DNA from: an uncultured Gammaproteobacteria bacterium
Lineage (GTDB): Bacteria > Patescibacteriota > Microgenomatia > PFEM01 > JAHIFH01
Reading direction: 5' to 3'
Assembly (NCBI GenBank): GCA_964347135.1
Contig: CAYFXA010000001.1
Coordinates: 7,563-71,562, forward strand
Length of the DNA stretch: 64,000 bases
The position numbers and the translations under genes are program-made. The notes beneath the pieces were generated by a model that saw nothing but the letters and a program-made list of their open reading frames with translations, did not search any database and was not told where the DNA came from. Below are positions 20,117 to 29,749 of the stretch, in pieces; the stretch's first letter is position 1; every line of letters begins with the position of its first letter.

Positions 20117-20463
20117 TAAAATTTCAGTCCTCCTTTCCTCGCCCCTTCGGCCAAAGCCTTAACTCGGCCATGATAGCGATAAGGTCCGCGGTCAAAAACA
20201 ACTTCTTTAATCTTCTTTTTCAAGGATTTTTTAGCCAATAACTCTCCCACTAACCTGGCCTTTTCCGTTTTTGTCAGTTTATTTTTAGACTTAATATCCT
20301 TTTCGCTGGCAGCAACAAGAGTTTTTCTGGCTCCATCATCAATCAATTGGGCATAAACTTTTTTGTTGGAACGAAAAACGGACAATCTCGGTCTTTTCAT
20401 CGTTCCTTTGATTTTTTTACCCACTCTGGTTTTTCTTCTTTGTTTCTGGGTTATTTTCATCAT
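20116..20463 (-). CDS. rplR: 50S ribosomal protein L18
   Basis: Start at [11 protein letters not shown] (20463). Confidence 0.85.
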   Translation of the reverse strand: MMKITQKQRRKTRVGKKIKGTMKRPRLSVFRSNKKVYAQLIDDGARKTLVAASEKDIKSKNKLTKTEKARLVGELLAKKSLKKKIKEVVFDRGPYRYHGRVKALAEGARKGGLKF

Positions 20464-20464
20464 C

Positions 20465-21031
20465 TTACTCTCCTGGACCAAATCCAGCGGCACCCACTTT
20501 TCCAGCTTTACCTGGTTTGCGCTTTACTTCTTCGCCTTGATAACGAATTCCTTTGCCTTTGTAGGGCTCTGGAGGTCTAATTTGACGAATTTTTGCTGCC
20601 ACTTGACCCACTAAACCCTTATCAGTTCCGGAAATCTTAATCGTGTCTTTGTCTTCAACTTCGAATTGAATGCCTTCAATCGGCTCAACCACTACTGGAT
20701 GAGAAAAGCCTAAAGATAAACTCAATTTTTCTCCCTCTTTTTTCACTCGATAACCTGTTCCCACCAGTTTCAGAACCTGACTATAACCTTCGGTTACGCC
20801 AGCAATCATATTGGCAATTAATGTCCTGGTTAAGCCATGTAAAGAGCGACTAAATCTATCATTCTTTTTTCGAACCACTTTAATTTCATTTTGACTGATC
20901 TCTATTTTCAATTCGGGCCTAATTTTTTGCTTTAACTCACCTTTGGGACCTTTAACCACTAAAGCCGGTTGGCGATAATCAACTTCAACGCCTTCAGGTA
21001 TTTTAATTGGTTGTTGGCCGATTCTAGACAT
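20465..21031 (-). CDS. rplF: 50S ribosomal protein L6
   Basis: Start [12 protein letters not shown] (21031). Confidence 0.9.
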   Translation of the reverse strand: MSRIGQQPIKIPEGVEVDYRQPALVVKGPKGELKQKIRPELKIEISQNEIKVVRKKNDRFSRSLHGLTRTLIANMIAGVTEGYSQVLKLVGTGYRVKKEGEKLSLSLGFSHPVVVEPIEGIQFEVEDKDTIKISGTDKGLVGQVAAKIRQIRPPEPYKGKGIRYQGEEVKRKPGKAGKVGAAGFGPGE

Positions 21032-21033
21032 TT

Positions 21034-21426
21034 TTACCAAACTTGACAAATAACTTCTCCGCCAAGATTTTTCTTTTTAGCTTCTTTACCTGTCATCAAT
21101 CCTTGAGAGGTGGAAAGAATTCTCATTCCAAAACCTCCTCGCAACGGCTTTAATTCTTTAGCCTGAAGATAAACCCTTAAACTGGGTTTTGAAACCCGTT
21201 CTATTTGGGTAAGGGCTGGTTTCTGTTGAGGGTATTTCAATTCCAAAATCAACTCTTTCTTTTGAGGTTTTTTGCCTTCAACAGCCATTTTTTTAAGATA
21301 ACCCTCTTTAACTAAAATTGCGGCTAAGTTCTTTTTAACGACTGAATAAGGCACCTTTATCTGTCGTTGATGAACAGAATAACCATTTCTAATCCTAGTA
21401 ATTAAGTCACCAATTGGGTCAGTCAT
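21034..21426 (-). CDS. rpsH: 30S ribosomal protein S8
   Basis: S8 family. Confidence 0.9.
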   Translation of the reverse strand: MTDPIGDLITRIRNGYSVHQRQIKVPYSVVKKNLAAILVKEGYLKKMAVEGKKPQKKELILELKYPQQKPALTQIERVSKPSLRVYLQAKELKPLRGGFGMRILSTSQGLMTGKEAKKKNLGGEVICQVW

Positions 21427-21427
21427 A

Positions 21428-21613
21428 TTACCAACTTGCCTTGGTTACCCCAGGCAATTCTCCTTTATGAGCTAACTCACGAAAACAAAGGCGACAAATA
21501 CCAAAGAGACGAATATAGCCTCTTGGTCGTCCGCAAAGACGACAGCGATTATGTTGTCGACTTGAATATTTCGGCTTTTTCTGATCTTTAACAAATTTTG
21601 ACGTTTTTGCCAT
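21428..21613 (-). CDS. rpsN: 30S ribosomal protein S14 type Z (zinc-binding)
   Basis: 61 aa with CRLCGRPRG...CRLCFRE. Confidence 0.9.
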   Translation of the reverse strand: MAKTSKFVKDQKKPKYSSRQHNRCRLCGRPRGYIRLFGICRLCFRELAHKGELPGVTKASW

Positions 21614-21618
21614 TGATT

Positions 21619-22167
21619 TTATCCTTTCTCAAAAGGCATACCTAGTAATGCTAATAATTTTTCAGCTTTCTCATCGGTCTTGGCATTGGTAACAATCGTA
21701 ATTTCCAATCCTCTAACTTTGTCAATTTTAGCAGGGTCAACTTCTGGAAAAACGATTTGTTCTGGGATACCCAAACTGTAATTCCCTTGACCATCAAAAC
21801 TTTTTAAGGAAACGCCCTGAAAATCTCTTAATCTGGGCAAAGTCACCTTAACTAATTTCTCAAAAAAATCGTACATTCTTTGGCCTCTTAAAGTAACCAT
21901 TAAACCAATAGTTTGACCCGCCCGGAGTTTAAAACCAGCAATTGACTGACGAGCTTTAGTTATTTTTGGTTTCTGCCCCGTAATAACAGCTAAATCACCC
22001 CTTGCTGCTTCGAGTGCTTTTTTATTCTCCATTGCTTCACTCAAACCAATATTAACAACAATTTTATCCATTCTTGGTGCTGCCAAAAAATTAGCCAACC
22101 CCAGTTCTTTAGCTAATTTTGGCGCAATTTTCTCTTGATATTCTTTTTTTAAATTAGTGCCTGACAT
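21619..22167 (-). CDS. rplE: 50S ribosomal protein L5
   Basis: L5 family. Confidence 0.9.
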   Translation of the reverse strand: MSGTNLKKEYQEKIAPKLAKELGLANFLAAPRMDKIVVNIGLSEAMENKKALEAARGDLAVITGQKPKITKARQSIAGFKLRAGQTIGLMVTLRGQRMYDFFEKLVKVTLPRLRDFQGVSLKSFDGQGNYSLGIPEQIVFPEVDPAKIDKVRGLEITIVTNAKTDEKAEKLLALLGMPFEKG

Positions 22168-22454
22168 TTTCGACAAATTCTACTTTTACTTCCTTTACTA
22201 ACTTGATAACCAACTCGAGTCGGTTTTTTACATTTAGGACAAAATAAAGCAACATTAGCGATTGCCAAGGGTTTGACAATCTCAATAATCCCACCTGGTT
22301 TTTTTTCACTCTGTTTTCGAGCATGTTTTTTGTAAATATTAATTCCTGGAATAAGAACTTTACCGGTTTTGGGAAGGATTTTTTCTATCTTTCCCTTCCG
22401 ACCTTTATCTTTACCCCTGGTGATAATCACCGAATCGCCTTTTTTTAGCTTCAT
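22149..22454 (-). CDS. rplX: 50S ribosomal protein L24 with C-terminal CxxC...CxxC motif
   Basis: KOW domain [23 protein letters not shown]; C-terminal [28 protein letters not shown]. Confidence 0.85.
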   Translation of the reverse strand: MKLKKGDSVIITRGKDKGRKGKIEKILPKTGKVLIPGINIYKKHARKQSEKKPGGIIEIVKPLAIANVALFCPKCKKPTRVGYQVSKGSKSRICRKCQALI

Positions 22455-22819
22455 ATAACCTCCGGTGCTAAAGAAGCAATTTTTGCATAACCCAAGTCTT
22501 TAATCTCTCTGGCAATCGGACCCAAAATTCTTGTTCCTTTTGGATTTCCTTGTTTGTCAATAATCACCGCCGCATTATCATCAAAACGAATGTAGGAACC
22601 ATCAGGACGACCTTTTTCTTTTTTTGTCCGAACAATCACTGCTCTCACGATTTCTGAATCCTTTACCACTCCTTCTGGATCCGCCTGATCAACCACGGCC
22701 ACAACCACGTCCCCAAGATGACCAAAACGTCTTTTTGAACCACCAAGAACCCGGATAACATTCAACCTTTTTGCGCCACTGTTATCAGCTGGTTTTAAAA
22801 CGCTTCTTAATTGAATCAT
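22451..22819 (-). CDS. rplN: 50S ribosomal protein L14
   Basis: [17 protein letters not shown]. Confidence 0.9.
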   Translation of the reverse strand: MIQLRSVLKPADNSGAKRLNVIRVLGGSKRRFGHLGDVVVAVVDQADPEGVVKDSEIVRAVIVRTKKEKGRPDGSYIRFDDNAAVIIDKQGNPKGTRILGPIAREIKDLGYAKIASLAPEVI

Positions 22820-23046
22820 TTTTTTACCACCTCAATAATTTTCCATTTTTTCGTTTTACTAATTGGTTTGGTTTCAACAAGTGTTACCCAATCACCCACC
22901 TTAACTCCCAACTCATCATGAGCATGAAATTTTTTCTTTGTTTTTACCCTCTTTTTATAAATCGGGTGGGCCACGAGTCTGATTACTTCAACCGTGGCTG
23001 TTTTATCCATTTTGGTGCTAATAACCTGTCCAGTAAATTTTTTCAT
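22816..23046 (-). CDS. rpsQ: 30S ribosomal protein S17
   Basis: S17 OB fold. Confidence 0.9.
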   Translation of the reverse strand: MKKFTGQVISTKMDKTATVEVIRLVAHPIYKKRVKTKKKFHAHDELGVKVGDWVTLVETKPISKTKKWKIIEVVKK

Positions 23047-23246
23047 TGAGTTAACTCCTTTTCTTTTAGAACCGTTTTCAAAGCCGCTAAGTGATGGCGT
23101 TGATTGATTAAATCCCGAACATTTTTAACCTTACCCGCCCTGGATTCCAATCTTAACTTAGCCAACTTTTTTTCTGCTTTAGCCACTTCTTTTTGGAGCT
23201 GGGCAATTGTTTTTTGATGGAGTTCTTGTTTTTCTTTTTTTTTCAT
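23043..23246 (-). CDS. rpmC: 50S ribosomal protein L29
   Basis: 67-aa helical L29. Confidence 0.85.
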   Translation of the reverse strand: MKKKEKQELHQKTIAQLQKEVAKAEKKLAKLRLESRAGKVKNVRDLINQRHHLAALKTVLKEKELTQ

Positions 23247-23249
23247 TAA

Positions 23250-23657
23250 CTACTCCTTTTTAACAAACTTGGTTTTAAAAGGCAGTTTGGCTCCAGCTCG
23301 CTCAATCGCTTCACTGGCAATCGCTTCCTCAACTCCGGCTAATTCAAAAATAATCCTCCCAGGGGTTACCACGGCCACGTAATGATCAACCGCTCCTTTT
23401 CCTGAACCCATCCTCACTCCAGCTGGTTTCTTAGTTACTGGTTTATCAGGAAAAACTCGAATCCAAACTTTACCCTGCCTTTTAGTTTGATGAGTAATCG
23501 CTCGTCGAGCGGCTTCGATTTGTCGAGATGTTAACCAACCTCGACCCAAACTTTTCAAACCATAATCTCCAAAAGCCAGAGTTGAACCCCGAACCGACTT
23601 ACCTTTCATTTTGCCGCGAAATTGTTTCCGATATTTCTTCTTTTTTGGCTCTAACAT
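23250..23657 (-). CDS. rplP: 50S ribosomal protein L16
   Basis: L16/L10e family. Confidence 0.9.
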   Translation of the reverse strand: MLEPKKKKYRKQFRGKMKGKSVRGSTLAFGDYGLKSLGRGWLTSRQIEAARRAITHQTKRQGKVWIRVFPDKPVTKKPAGVRMGSGKGAVDHYVAVVTPGRIIFELAGVEEAIASEAIERAGAKLPFKTKFVKKE

Positions 23658-24307
23658 TAAGTCTCCTTTTTTTCACCTTTATAAATCCAAACTTTTACAC
23701 CGACGTAGCCAAAGCGGGTTAAGGCGGGTATTTGAGCGTAATCAATATCAGCTCGTAAAGTTTGTAAAGGCACAGCACCTTTTTTAAAAGTCTCGGTCCG
23801 ACCAACTTCTGTTCCGCCAACTCGACCCGCAAGAGCAATTTTTACTCCTTTAGCACCAGCGCCCATCACTCTTTCAACCGCTTTGTTGGCCACTCGCCGA
23901 TAGGGCATTCTTTTCTCTAATTGTTGTGCCACCCGGTTGGCCACCAAACGGGCTGATAATTCCGGCTCCTTAACTTCTTCAACATCAATTTCCAGATTTT
24001 TTTCTGGTTCAGGCAAACTAACCATTCCCATCAATTCTTTTTTCAGTAATTCCAATCCTGTTCCACCGCGTCCGATTACCACTCCCGGACGGGAAACCAC
24101 CAATGTTATTTTCATTTTATTGATTGAACGGTAAATATGAACCTCAACAATTCCAGCTAAAGCCAGTTTATCCATTAAAAAACGACGGATTTTGTGGTCT
24201 TCTAAAATATTCTTCCGGTATTGTTTAGGATCCCGGGCAAACCAGCGTGATTTCCACTGTTTAGAATCTTTCAACCTAAAGCCAAAAGGATTAACTTTTT
24301 GTCCCAT
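23657..24307 (-). CDS. rpsC: 30S ribosomal protein S3
   Basis: Start at [12 protein letters not shown] (24307); KH plus S3 C-terminal domain. Confidence 0.9.
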   Translation of the reverse strand: MGQKVNPFGFRLKDSKQWKSRWFARDPKQYRKNILEDHKIRRFLMDKLALAGIVEVHIYRSINKMKITLVVSRPGVVIGRGGTGLELLKKELMGMVSLPEPEKNLEIDVEEVKEPELSARLVANRVAQQLEKRMPYRRVANKAVERVMGAGAKGVKIALAGRVGGTEVGRTETFKKGAVPLQTLRADIDYAQIPALTRFGYVGVKVWIYKGEKKET

Positions 24308-24677
24308 CTTTCTTACTCGCCTTAGTTTTAGCGGGTTTCTTTTTCTCCTTTCCTTCAAGAACTATTTTGATATGAGCCATTCTTTTTAAAATCTGGTGAA
24401 TTCTGCCTTTGGCAACAAAACGATAACGCTTCATTTGCGGACCTTCACCAATTTCTAATCTTTTAATTTTTAAGTCCTCTTTATTAAGTTTAAAATTATT
24501 TTCCGCATTCGCCATTCCCTGTCTTAGGGTTTTAAGCAACAATCGGGCTGATTTTTTGTTAAGGCTCTTTAAAACCGTTTCTGCCTCCAAAGCGCTTAAA
24601 CCCCGGATTTCATCTGCCGTCAGGCGTAATTTCCTTGGCGTTTGGCGAACAAATTTAGCTTGAGCAATAACTTCCAT
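24291..24677 (-). CDS. rplV: 50S ribosomal protein L22
   Basis: L22 family. Confidence 0.9.
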   Translation of the reverse strand: MEVIAQAKFVRQTPRKLRLTADEIRGLSALEAETVLKSLNKKSARLLLKTLRQGMANAENNFKLNKEDLKIKRLEIGEGPQMKRYRFVAKGRIHQILKRMAHIKIVLEGKEKKKPAKTKASKKDGTKS

Positions 24678-24682
24678 AATTC

Positions 24683-24967
24683 TTAAGTTTTGGTAATAAC
24701 TCGCTTAACCACTCGACCATGACCATGAAAAGTTCGGGTAGGGGCAAATTCGCCTAAGCGCTGACCGACCATTGCTTCAGTAATAAAAACATCAATAAAA
24801 TTTCGACCATTATGAACCTGGAAAGTATGACCAACAAATTCAGGCGGAATTTGACTGGCTCTTGCCCAGGTTTTAATGGGCTCTTTTTTGCCTGCTTTTT
24901 TTTGGGCCATCACTTTTTTGAGCAATTTTGGGTCAATGTATGGTCCTTTTTTGGATGATCTACTCAT
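24683..24967 (-). CDS. rpsS: 30S ribosomal protein S19
   Basis: S19 family. Confidence 0.9.
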   Translation of the reverse strand: MSRSSKKGPYIDPKLLKKVMAQKKAGKKEPIKTWARASQIPPEFVGHTFQVHNGRNFIDVFITEAMVGQRLGEFAPTRTFHGHGRVVKRVITKT

Positions 24968-25715
24968 GTCTTCTTTTTCTTTCTTTAATAATTAACTTAT
25001 CACTGTATTTCTTAGGTTTTCTGGTCTTTTTACCAAGGGTTTTCTTTCCCCAAGGTGACTTTGGACTGGGCATACCAATTGGTGATCTTCCCTCTCCACC
25101 ACCATGGGGGTGAGCCCCAGGATGCATTGCCACTCCCCGAACAGAAGGACGAATGCCCATGTGTCTTTTTCTTCCTGCTTTACCCAATTTTCTTGTTTTC
25201 AATTCTGGTTTACTCACTTGACCAATGGTGGCGTAACATTCCTCTTTAATCATTCGCTGTTCGCCTGAAGGTAATTTAACAATCGCATAACCTTTTTCTT
25301 TGCTGGCAATCGTTGCCCCTGTACCTGCCCCACGCACAATCTGACCTCCCTTTCCTGGGATTAACTCAATATTGTGGATAACCGTACCAACCCGAATTCT
25401 TTTCAAAGGCAGGGCATTACCTACTTTAAAATCAACTTTTTCGCCTGCCACCACTTGGTCGTCCACTTTTAGCCCGACTGGGGCGAGAATGTATCTTTTC
25501 TCACCATCAGGATAATGCAAAAGGGCAATGTCAGCACCTCGATTGGGGGCGTATTCAATCGAAACCACCTGAGCGGGAATATCTTTTTTATCTCTTTTGA
25601 AATCAATTTTTCTCAAAAACCGCTTTTCTCTCCCACCCCGATGACGGGTGGTAATTTTACCCGTTGCATTTCGTCCTGCGCGTTTTTTAAGAATTCTTTT
25701 TAATTTCTTCGCCAT
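24960..25715 (-). CDS. rplB: 50S ribosomal protein L2
   Basis: Start [10 protein letters not shown]; conserved [13 protein letters not shown] motif. Confidence 0.9.
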   Translation of the reverse strand: MAKKLKRILKKRAGRNATGKITTRHRGGREKRFLRKIDFKRDKKDIPAQVVSIEYAPNRGADIALLHYPDGEKRYILAPVGLKVDDQVVAGEKVDFKVGNALPLKRIRVGTVIHNIELIPGKGGQIVRGAGTGATIASKEKGYAIVKLPSGEQRMIKEECYATIGQVSKPELKTRKLGKAGRKRHMGIRPSVRGVAMHPGAHPHGGGEGRSPIGMPSPKSPWGKKTLGKKTRKPKKYSDKLIIKERKRRHE

Positions 25716-25716
25716 A

Positions 25717-26010
25717 TTACTCACCACTTTCTAAAAGATCAATTTTTTCTCCCTCAACTAATTCAACAATCGCCTTTTTCCAATCAGCCTGCTTAACTGG
25801 TCGGCGATAGCGACCGCTTCTTTTGGTTTTGCCTCGAACCATCGTTGTTCTCACTTTTTTTACTTTAACCCCAAAAGCTTCTTCAACTGCTTGAGCAATA
25901 TCCTTTTTAGTTGCTTGCCGATCAACTTCAAACAAATAGCGCCCCCAAACCGCTTCTTGGCTTGCTTTTTCGGTTACCACTGGCTTTTTTAAAACGTCTT
26001 TTGCTTTCAT
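25717..26010 (-). CDS. rplW: 50S ribosomal protein L23
   Basis: L23 family. Confidence 0.9.
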   Translation of the reverse strand: MKAKDVLKKPVVTEKASQEAVWGRYLFEVDRQATKKDIAQAVEEAFGVKVKKVRTTMVRGKTKRSGRYRRPVKQADWKKAIVELVEGEKIDLLESGE

Positions 26011-26651
26011 GCTTTTTTACCTGAAAAAGTTTCTTTCAATTTCTCAATACTTTCTTCCATCAAAACCAACTGGTCATGACTCAAAACTTGATAAGTATTA
26101 AGTTGATTTGCTTGGGCAAGTTCCACTCTTGCTAAATTTCTACCTGCTCGAATAACATTTTCCAAAACACTTGGTAAAACCAACAGGACTTTTTTCTTTT
26201 CTTTTAATGGCAAACCCGCCATGGTTTTAGCCATTTCTTTGGTTTTTGGCTCAATCTTGGCTAAACCTTTGATGGCGACGACTTCTTTTTCTTTCAACTT
26301 GCTCGTCAAAGCAGAGAAAAGAGCTTTTTTCTTCATTGCTTTGCTCATTTTGAGTTTATAATTTTCCTTCCCTGTTGGCCCATGGGCTCGACCCCCACCA
26401 ACAAAAATCGGAGCATAGCGGTCGCCATGTCGAGCTCGACCCGTTCCTTTTTGACGCCAAATTTTTCTTCTTGAACCCCTAATCTCGGCTCGGGTCTTGG
26501 TTTTAGCCTTAGCCTTTCTTTGATTGGCTAAGTAAACCCTGACTGCTTGAGCCATAAGCTGCTCATTCACCGGAGCCGCAAAAATCTCTTTAGGCAAATT
26601 AATTCGCCCTGACTTTCTGCCCGTGATGGTGTACAAATCTGCTTTAGGCAT
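26007..26651 (-). CDS. rplD: 50S ribosomal protein L4
   Basis: L4 family. Confidence 0.9.
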   Translation of the reverse strand: MPKADLYTITGRKSGRINLPKEIFAAPVNEQLMAQAVRVYLANQRKAKAKTKTRAEIRGSRRKIWRQKGTGRARHGDRYAPIFVGGGRAHGPTGKENYKLKMSKAMKKKALFSALTSKLKEKEVVAIKGLAKIEPKTKEMAKTMAGLPLKEKKKVLLVLPSVLENVIRAGRNLARVELAQANQLNTYQVLSHDQLVLMEESIEKLKETFSGKKA

Positions 26652-27498
26652 TTTCCTCCTTAGGGGCTTCTTCAGCCGGTTTTTCTTCTTTTTTCTCGGT
26701 TGGCTTTGCTTCTTTGCCTGGTTCAGGCTTTTCCTCTGCTGTTTCCGCTGCTTTCAAAGCTTCTTTGGCTTCTTTTTCTCGTCGTAAACGCTCAGCTCGT
26801 TGTTCTTCGGTTTCTTCGATTTTTTTCTCTCCTTTTTTAAGTAAAGGCACAAACCGTTTAACTTTGCCTGTTTTGATAATGGTTAAAAAACCATTGATCG
26901 CTCCTGGCACTAAGCCTTTTACAAGCAATTCATCTTTTTTTTCATCAATTCCCATTACCGTTAAACCCAAAACCGTTACTTTATTTCCCCCAGCTCGACC
27001 CGCCATTTTTTTACCTTTTCGAACTCGCCCAGGTGTGGTTCCTTGACCAATTGAGCCTGGAGCTCGTTCACGGTCAGACTGGCCATGAGTCCGAGGACCA
27101 CCTTTAAATCCCCAGCGCTTAACTACGCCGGTAAAGCCCTTGCCTTTTGCCCAACCAGTTACTTTGACTTCATCTCCTGGCTGAAAAATGTCAGCAACCT
27201 TAATTTGGTCGCCAACTTTAAGCCTATCTGCTGGTTTTTCGAGCCTAATTTCGCCTAAAAAGCGAGGAGCTTTTTTTAGCTTAGCTCCTCGAAGATGTCC
27301 TTGTAATTGTTTGCTTACCTTAGTCATTTTTTTCTCTCCCCAACCAATTTGAATTGCATTATAGCCATCTTTCTCTTGCTTCCGAATATGAACCACGTAA
27401 CAAGGTCCGGTTTTGATTCTGGTAACCGGAACTCGCCCACCATCTTGAGTGAACCTTTGAACAGTTTTACCTTTTGTGCCTAAAATAGCGTTTAACAT
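26644..27498 (-). CDS. rplC: 50S ribosomal protein L3 with about 70-aa Lys/Glu-rich C-terminal extension
   Basis: Start at MLNAILGTKGKT (27498); the longer track ORF would begin inside the terminator hairpin. The C-terminal KKGEKKIEETEEQRAERLRREKEAKEALKAAETAEEKPEPGKEAKPTEKKEEKPAEEAPKEENA is not found in typical L3. Confidence 0.85.
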   Translation of the reverse strand: MLNAILGTKGKTVQRFTQDGGRVPVTRIKTGPCYVVHIRKQEKDGYNAIQIGWGEKKMTKVSKQLQGHLRGAKLKKAPRFLGEIRLEKPADRLKVGDQIKVADIFQPGDEVKVTGWAKGKGFTGVVKRWGFKGGPRTHGQSDRERAPGSIGQGTTPGRVRKGKKMAGRAGGNKVTVLGLTVMGIDEKKDELLVKGLVPGAINGFLTIIKTGKVKRFVPLLKKGEKKIEETEEQRAERLRREKEAKEALKAAETAEEKPEPGKEAKPTEKKEEKPAEEAPKEENA

Positions 27499-27512
27499 TT
27501 TTTCCACTAAAA

Positions 27513-27531
27513 AGAGTGCCGGAGGCACTCT
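27513..27531 (-). terminator. terminator/attenuator hairpin in the rplC leader (AGAGTGCC-ucc-GGCACUCU followed by UUUU)
   Basis: 8-bp perfect stem with a 3-nt loop followed by a U-tract on the minus strand. It sits 10-15 nt upstream of the rplC ATG and about 60 nt downstream of a consensus promoter. Confidence 0.45.
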
Positions 27532-27598
27532 TAGCAGTTACTCCCTAAATTAACTCAATTTTTTCAATAGGTGTTGAACCTCACCTCCATTAGAGATA

Positions 27599-27627
27599 AT
27601 TATAGGAAAATTGAAGAAAAAATGCAA
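27599..27627 (-). promoter_or_regulatory. sigma70-type promoter TTGCAT-17-TATAAT driving rplC and the downstream r-protein operon
   Basis: Minus strand has TTGCAT (top 27622-27627), an exact 17-nt spacer, and TATAAT (top 27599-27604). Confidence 0.5.
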
Positions 27628-27667
27628 ATTGATTCCCTCGTGGACGAAGTTAGAACTATTTCAATCC

Positions 27668-28090
27668 CTAACCACCTGATTTTGAGGTAACTGGCGGGTT
27701 TTGAAACATCTTGACTGCGGCTTTGAACTTAAAAGCAATATTCTCTTCTTTGGGATTTGAGTAGCATTTTCTCACCCAAGTAAGTAAATTGTGTACGTTC
27801 CCTTTATTGTCTTTAATTTGAATTTCATCGACCTCTTTACCCTTAAAAATTACGTTAAATTCAAAATTTGGAAACTTCTTTTGCCACATTTTCCCTAAAT
27901 AAACTGCGAGTCCGATCATTGCTTTAGACTGATATGAGTCATCCGTACCACTATCTTTTAAAGAGGCAACCCAAGCTTGTACATTCTCAATACTCTCATC
28001 AGAATAATCCAAAGCTAAAACTGGGTCATTTTTTATAATATCGATATATTTTTCCCCAATCTCAATTATCTGTTTGGTTTTATCATCCAT
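27668..28090 (-). CDS. hypothetical protein inserted between rpsJ and rplC
   Basis: 140-aa ORF MDDKTKQIIEIGEKYIDII...; acidic N-terminal half; no motif recognised. Confidence 0.5.
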   Translation of the reverse strand: MDDKTKQIIEIGEKYIDIIKNDPVLALDYSDESIENVQAWVASLKDSGTDDSYQSKAMIGLAVYLGKMWQKKFPNFEFNVIFKGKEVDEIQIKDNKGNVHNLLTWVRKCYSNPKEENIAFKFKAAVKMFQNPPVTSKSGG

Positions 28091-28100
28091 AATTTTTTTG

Positions 28101-28130
28101 ATTATCTCTCAAAATTATGTTTAAAATCAA
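28101..28130 (-). promoter_or_regulatory. weak candidate promoter TTGATT-18-GATAAT upstream of the inserted hypothetical gene
   Basis: Minus strand has TTGATT (top 28125-28130), an 18-nt spacer, and GATAAT (top 28101-28106), then 10 nt to the ATG with no SD. Confidence 0.25.
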
Positions 28131-28174
28131 GAGACAATTTTAGTAAGCTTGCCCCAAGGGCAAAACTTAAACCG

Positions 28175-28483
28175 CTACATCTTAATTTCAATATCCACCC
28201 CAGCAGGAAGCTCAAGGTGCATGAGGGAGTCAATTGTTTTGCTCGTGGGCTCAAGAATATCAATTAGCCTTTTGTGGGTGAGAATTTGAAAGTGTTCTCG
28301 AGCGTCTTTGTCTGTGTGAGGACTAGTGGTGACGGTGATTAATTTTCTGTGGGTAGGAAGAGGCACGGGACCAACTACCTTGGCACCTGTGGCTAAGGCT
28401 GTTTCTAAGATTTTTTCGCAACTCTCATCGATGACTCGATGATCGTACGCTTTTAAACGTACTCTTATTCTGCCTTTGGGCAT
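28175..28483 (-). CDS. rpsJ: 30S ribosomal protein S10
   Basis: [21 protein letters not shown]... canonical S10. Confidence 0.9.
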   Translation of the reverse strand: MPKGRIRVRLKAYDHRVIDESCEKILETALATGAKVVGPVPLPTHRKLITVTTSPHTDKDAREHFQILTHKRLIDILEPTSKTIDSLMHLELPAGVDIEIKM

Positions 28484-28489
28484 TTTCTC

Positions 28490-29680
28490 TTAAGCAATGA
28501 TTTTGCTAATTACTCCCGCGCCAACGGTATGTCCACCTTCACGGATAGCAAAACGGAGGCCATCCTCCATGGCAACCGGCTGAATGAGTTTAACGGTCAT
28601 TTTGGCATTATCCCCAGGCATAACCATCTCCACTCCTTTAGGCAGAGTTACTTCACCGGTTACATCAGTGGTTCGGATATAGAATTGGGGTTTATAACCA
28701 CTAAAGAAGGGAGTGTGACGACCACCTTCCTCTTTGGTCAAAATGTAAACCTCGGCCTCAAACTCCTGATGAGGCTTAATCGTGCCAGGTTTAGATAAAA
28801 CTTGACCCCGCTCAACATCTTTTTTTTCAATTCCTCGAAGGAGAATGCCAATATTATCACCCGCTACTCCTTCATCAAGAATCTTGCGGAACATCTCCAC
28901 TCCCGTAACCACCGTCTTTTGAGTGTCACGCAAACCAACGATTTCCACTTCTTCACTGACTTTGACTTTGCCCCGCTCGACTCTTCCGGTTACCACGGTT
29001 CCTCGACCCCTGATTGAAAACACATCTTCAATAGGCATCAAAAATGGTTTATCTAATGGCCGTTTAGGCGTGGGGATGGTTTCATCAACCGCTTTCATTA
29101 GTTCGAGAATGGCTTTCTTGGACTCCTCATCGCCTTCAAGGGCTTTTGTAGCTGAACCACGAATAATCGGAATTTTGTCACCAGGAAATTTATACTTGGT
29201 CAAAAGTTCTCGGACTTCCATCTCAACCAAGTCAAGCATCTCTTTATCTTTAACCAGGTCGGTTTTGTTCAGAAAAACAACCATGGCTGGTACATCAACT
29301 TGACGAGCTAAAAGAATGTGCTCTCGTGTTTGGGGCATGGGTCCGTCATCAGCCGCCACCACAAGAATAGCACCGTCCATTTGGGCTGCCCCTGTAATCA
29401 TGTTTTTGATGTAGTCTTTGTGACCAGGACAATCAATGTGGGCGTAGTGACGGTTTTCGGTTTCGTATTCAATGTGAGAAATAGAAATTGTTAAACCACG
29501 CTCTTTTTCTTCGGGAGCGTTGTCAATCTCTTCGAATTTAACAAACTTTGTTCCCGTCTTTGCCTCTTCTAAAGCTTTGGTGATGGCTGAGGTTAGAGTG
29601 GTTTTACCGTGGTCAACGTGACCAATTGTCCCAATATTAATGTGGGGTTTTTTTCTTTCAAATTTTGCCTTCGCTGCCAT
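28490..29680 (-). CDS. tuf: elongation factor Tu
   Basis: [20 protein letters not shown]-motifs; 396 aa. Confidence 0.95.
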   Translation of the reverse strand: MAAKAKFERKKPHINIGTIGHVDHGKTTLTSAITKALEEAKTGTKFVKFEEIDNAPEEKERGLTISISHIEYETENRHYAHIDCPGHKDYIKNMITGAAQMDGAILVVAADDGPMPQTREHILLARQVDVPAMVVFLNKTDLVKDKEMLDLVEMEVRELLTKYKFPGDKIPIIRGSATKALEGDEESKKAILELMKAVDETIPTPKRPLDKPFLMPIEDVFSIRGRGTVVTGRVERGKVKVSEEVEIVGLRDTQKTVVTGVEMFRKILDEGVAGDNIGILLRGIEKKDVERGQVLSKPGTIKPHQEFEAEVYILTKEEGGRHTPFFSGYKPQFYIRTTDVTGEVTLPKGVEMVMPGDNAKMTVKLIQPVAMEDGLRFAIREGGHTVGAGVISKIIA

Positions 29681-29720
29681 ATTTTTTCCTCCTGAATAAT
29701 ATTCTAATCAATTCTTGAGT

Positions 29721-29749
29721 ATTTTACAAGACTATTTTTTCTTTTGCAA
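29721..29749 (-). promoter_or_regulatory. candidate internal promoter TTGCAA-17-TAAAAT upstream of tuf (overlapping fusA 3' end)
   Basis: Minus strand has TTGCAA (top 29744-29749), a 17-nt spacer, and TAAAAT (top 29721-29726). SD AGGAGG precedes the tuf ATG. Confidence 0.35.

Noticed and set aside
28141-28170. Hairpin TTGCCC-caa-GGGCAA just after the rpsJ stop
   Set aside because: No U-tract on either strand, so unlikely to be a terminator. It may be a minor mRNA structure.
28529-29303. Three plus-strand ORFs (89, 71, 126 aa) inside tuf
   Set aside because: They are antisense to EF-Tu, which is unambiguous. The translations are low-complexity Ser/Thr-rich and typical of spurious antisense frames.
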